NCBI RefSeq assembly: GCF_006345805.1
Contig: NC_043012.1
Location: forward strand, 43,958,001-44,022,000
Source: Octopus sinensis
Lineage: Eukaryota
Length of the DNA stretch: 64,000 bases
Direction: 5' to 3'
How positions within the stretch are numbered: the stretch's first letter is position 1; each line of letters opens with the position of its first letter. The notes under the pieces are model-generated. The model was not told the DNA's origin, ran no database searches, and was given only the letters and a program-made list of their open reading frames with translations. A program made the translations under genes and the position numbers. Positions 60,791 through 64,000 of the stretch are shown in pieces.

Positions 60791-61810
60791 CTAATATTAT
60801 TTTTTGCTGACAACCGAAGGACGAAAGACAAAGAAATTTTAAACTCAGAAAATAGAGGAATGTACATCAAACTATTTGATTTGGAATTACTTAAATGTTA
60901 CCACCATTCATCCAAATATAATAACTGAATACTGTAAAGGTGTTAGTTAAGTTTTCTGTTCAAGAAACACGCCATCCAACTCATTAGAATTATGTCTTTA
61001 TATTTACTATCTTGTGGCTACGATGCGATCCTGGGTAAGACCAAACCTCTGGTCACCCCAAGCCACAGACGAGGAAACTACGAATCAAAGCATGAGTTTT
61101 CTATGTAAAAAAAAAATGTGCTTTTAAGCATTTTACAATTATTTTTCCTAGATTATCCTTTTATATTTTTGATAATAAACGAATATTTCGAATCAATTAC
61201 TGAATTTTCAGTGTGGAGACGTGATCTGAATACTTGCAAGAAGGTAGACAGGAGGATAGGTGGTATTAAACCGCGTCTATCACATAGGAACAGATAATGG
61301 CCTTCCATACAGTTGTAACAAAACACTCAGATAAGAAACGAGCTAAGTATGAAAGTCGGCGATAGATGTACCTTACGATACTTTAAAAAAGGCAACGTTT
61401 TGTCGAAACGACGGTCTAAATCTTCGGCAATCTCCGTACAGAATTTTTATTCATTTACTTTTTCATATCCTGTTGAATGCGACATTTGCATAGAACAAAA
61501 CAAAAGATGCTAGAGTAGGAAAGATCTTTGCGGACATGAAAAGGGGTGTAAATGAATCATTCTAAGTTACAATACTATTTAGTTTGCCAACACTAGCATG
61601 TGGGTAAAACAAGTTAGGATTCTGAAGATTGAGTTGTTTAGCTCCAACTTTGGTCGAGTAGACCTACGATTTAAGGTTGCGCTTATTTTCTTAACTGTAA
61701 GAAGTGATTAAAGATAGATTTGGCAGTTACTCCAAGTTGATCAGGGCTTCCTTGTTTGGCTTGTAATGGTTAAATAACTTAATCATAATGTATTATTTTA
61801 TTTCAGGATA

Positions 61811-62110
61811 CCTACACAAGTGTAACCAACCTCCATACCTACTTTGTTTCCTCATAACTTTCAGAAAAATCTGCTGAAGTAAAGAATACGCACACCACCC
61901 GTTTTCGGAGCAACAAAAACCCTGACCCTAAAACTAACCCTAAACCCCGGGTGTGCGTATTCTTTACTTTCGCCGAAAAATCGATATTTTCATCATGAAA
62001 TTTTCTACAAATTTTTTCAGAAGGTGTGGGGTAGGAGTTTCGGGTAATTCACATAAGTCAAATGTTTCCTCATAATTTTCACGCTATTCGGAGTACCACA
62101 CTTCTGCAGG
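61811..62110. mobile_element. About 300-bp MITE-like element with TA flanks and an internal inverted repeat
   Basis: TA|CCTACACAAGTG ... CACTTCTGCAGG|TA; internal IR AAGTAAAGAATACGCACACC / GGTGTGCGTATTCTTTACTT. Confidence 0.6.
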
Positions 62111-62363
62111 TATGCTTTTATTTCCTTATTGTTTAGGAAAAAAAATAACAGCAAATGAGGTATTACCCGGGTTTACTCAAGCAGATAACTATTTGTCAGT
62201 GTAGTTGTGCGCATTTAAGACCCTGAGTGTAACTGATCTTGATTTACAAGACTACAACAGCACAATAAATATTAAAAGTGTTTTGTGTTGGACTGTTTTG
62301 CTTGTTTGTTACTTGGGCCTTGCTTAAAAACTGATTATTTTTCATAGAGTAAACAAAGCTTAC

Positions 62364-62490
62364 CCTCTACTGACGAACTGGAACTATCTCCACGAGTAAG
62401 AATAAACAAAAAGGAGAAGAAAGGAAGGAGAAGTGAGATTCGGGACCAGTTTAAGCGATAAATTCTGTCAGTTGACATTCTCAAACGCAT
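62364..62490 (-). CDS. TM2D3: TM2D3-like exon 1 (signal-peptide-like N-terminus)
   Basis: gctaaaATG; MRLRMSTDRIYRLNWSRISLLLPFFSFLFILTRGDSSSSSVE plus G|gtaagc. Phase 1 fits exon 2 and completes a 256-aa ORF. Inferred from hydrophobicity and phase, not from sequence homology. Confidence 0.75.
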
Positions 62491-62667
62491 TTTAGCAACG
62501 GGGTTTCACCCCTCATTGAGGAACACTGAATGAGAAAGCGGTGTTAAAACACTAACAATCCCTCCTTGTAATATGTCCAGCTATTTTCGATATGTTCGTT
62601 AAAATCTCTTTAGATCCTACTTTAAGAGTTGAAATTGTAAATTTCAGTCAAAAGATTTTTTAACGAG

Positions 62668-62744
<77 letters not shown>

Positions 62745-63614
62745 CTGTGTGTATGTTTTTGAAACGTCAATGTGTATGCGTACTTTCAGAGAATTTAGTT
62801 ACTTAACAGAATTACGTCCCTTGTAAGATTCTCCAGCCCGAACGTAAGCTGATGAATAATATAATTTTGTAAATAGAAAAATCGTACAAATTCTGTTTGT
62901 ATATTTCGTTTTTATTTTACAATTAAGGACCATAAAAGATTTGTAAGTTATGCATAAGGTAACAGATTTCGAGGCAGAGGACAGTCAGCGAACCCCAAGA
63001 TTAAACAGGAGGCGAATGTAAAGGGACGCAACTGGATATGGCATAGGCTCAATCTGCTTTTGACCAATGACTCCTAGAAGTAACATCTTATTCAACTCTC
63101 AAAGACTAATTTAACAATCAGTTTAACATAAATAATTTCATAATCTGTATTTTTGAGACATTCTCAGGGAAAGTAGACTGTATGCCAATTTAATTGCATT
63201 TTTCGAACTGGAATCGGTATAAACAGTTCATTATATCATAAGACTTCTAATTAAGTGACTTGTTCAGAAAAGTTATGTGTAATTAATTTTACATAATCAT
63301 TGTATAATTAACGCGTGTTAAGATGTTATAAGTAAATAATTTTACTCTATATTCTCCTATCTTGTACTGTTTATCAATACCTGACATTGTCATGAAATAA
63401 AGAATTTTCTGACTAAGCATCAGTTTTGAAGTGTAATGGAATGTAGAAATTTTTGGGATGGTGTCTGGTGTGCTGGAAGATCGGTAAGAGTGAGGCATTT
63501 CTCAGCTTTTCAAAAAGCATGTCTCTAGGAGAAGGTCTCTGAAATAAAACTAGAATTGCATGGAATGGCATTGAACATTTTGGTTATCTTTTGCTTGTAA
63601 TAATAATAACAATA

Positions 63615-64000
63615 ATTGTGTACAGTGCTCAGGTGCACTACAACTCATCTAAAGTGTATATATAATCAGGTGTAGTTTCGGCGGATTTTGGAAAGCATGA
63701 GGGCCTTAAAGGATGCAGTGTTATGGCAGTCAACAACTGATGCAGGCAGTTTATTCCATGCTTCAGCAACTCTGAGCGTGAAAAAATGTTTCCGAAAGTC
63801 ATGGGAGCTGTGTTGTTTTCTGACTTTGTAGGCATGTCCACGTGTGTTAGACACATGGAGATCAAAAAGGTGTTCAGTGTTGTTGTTGGTGAGGTGGTTG
63901 ATAACTTTGTGGGTGTTTACCAAGTCCGTCGCCAGATGCCGGAGCTTCAGTGAATCCATGCCCAGGGAAACAAGGCGCTCAGAATATGGTAGGTGTCTGA
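63615..64000 (-). mobile_element. CR1-type LINE 3' end running off the window edge
   Basis: SNTRGHAYKV...RKHFFTLRVAEAWNKLP motif, followed by a short 3' UTR hairpin and a (TTA)n-like tail. Confidence 0.8.

Noticed and set aside
61918-61950. Interstitial telomere or chromosome-fusion scar
   Set aside because: Only a few degenerate TAACCC-like units, enclosed in the inverted repeat of a small element.
62846-62895. CTGATGA...GAAA upstream of TM2D3 as a hammerhead
   Set aside because: No convincing stem I, II or III pairing and no palindrome or UH triplet in register.

Overview
AT-rich, microsatellite-dense metazoan DNA. The SINE/LINE landscape looks like an Octopus (coleoid cephalopod) genome, which is an inference from remembered repeat families. 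One host gene is supported: a complete 5-exon TM2D3/almondex-like gene on the minus strand (ATG 62490, stop 43884; 771 nt CDS, 256 aa, all introns GT-AG with matching phases). The rest is transposon-derived. It includes two nested, same-orientation Ty3/Gypsy elements with tRNA-Trp primer sites (outer A 24813-33396, LTRs about 4% diverged; inner B 25377-30404, identical 408-bp LTRs, GGTC TSD). It also holds Penelope-like elements (Neptune-type and Naiad-type), RTE and CR1-type LINE fragments, mariner/Tc1 relics, a Merlin (IS1595-like) deletion derivative, a MITE and several SINE families. A 100-N gap is flanked by a probably artefactual 1.8-kb duplication. The most interesting signal is RNA-level. 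About a dozen type I hammerhead-ribozyme motifs with palindromic (dimer-type) stem III occur, each family with its own palindrome. They include core variants (U3-A8, U6) and an apparently intact copy on the sense strand of TM2D3 intron 3. A 130-nt near-perfect fold-back hairpin sits about 80 nt upstream of TM2D3 exon 3. All coordinates, alignments and counts were made by eye; repeat boundaries are approximate.
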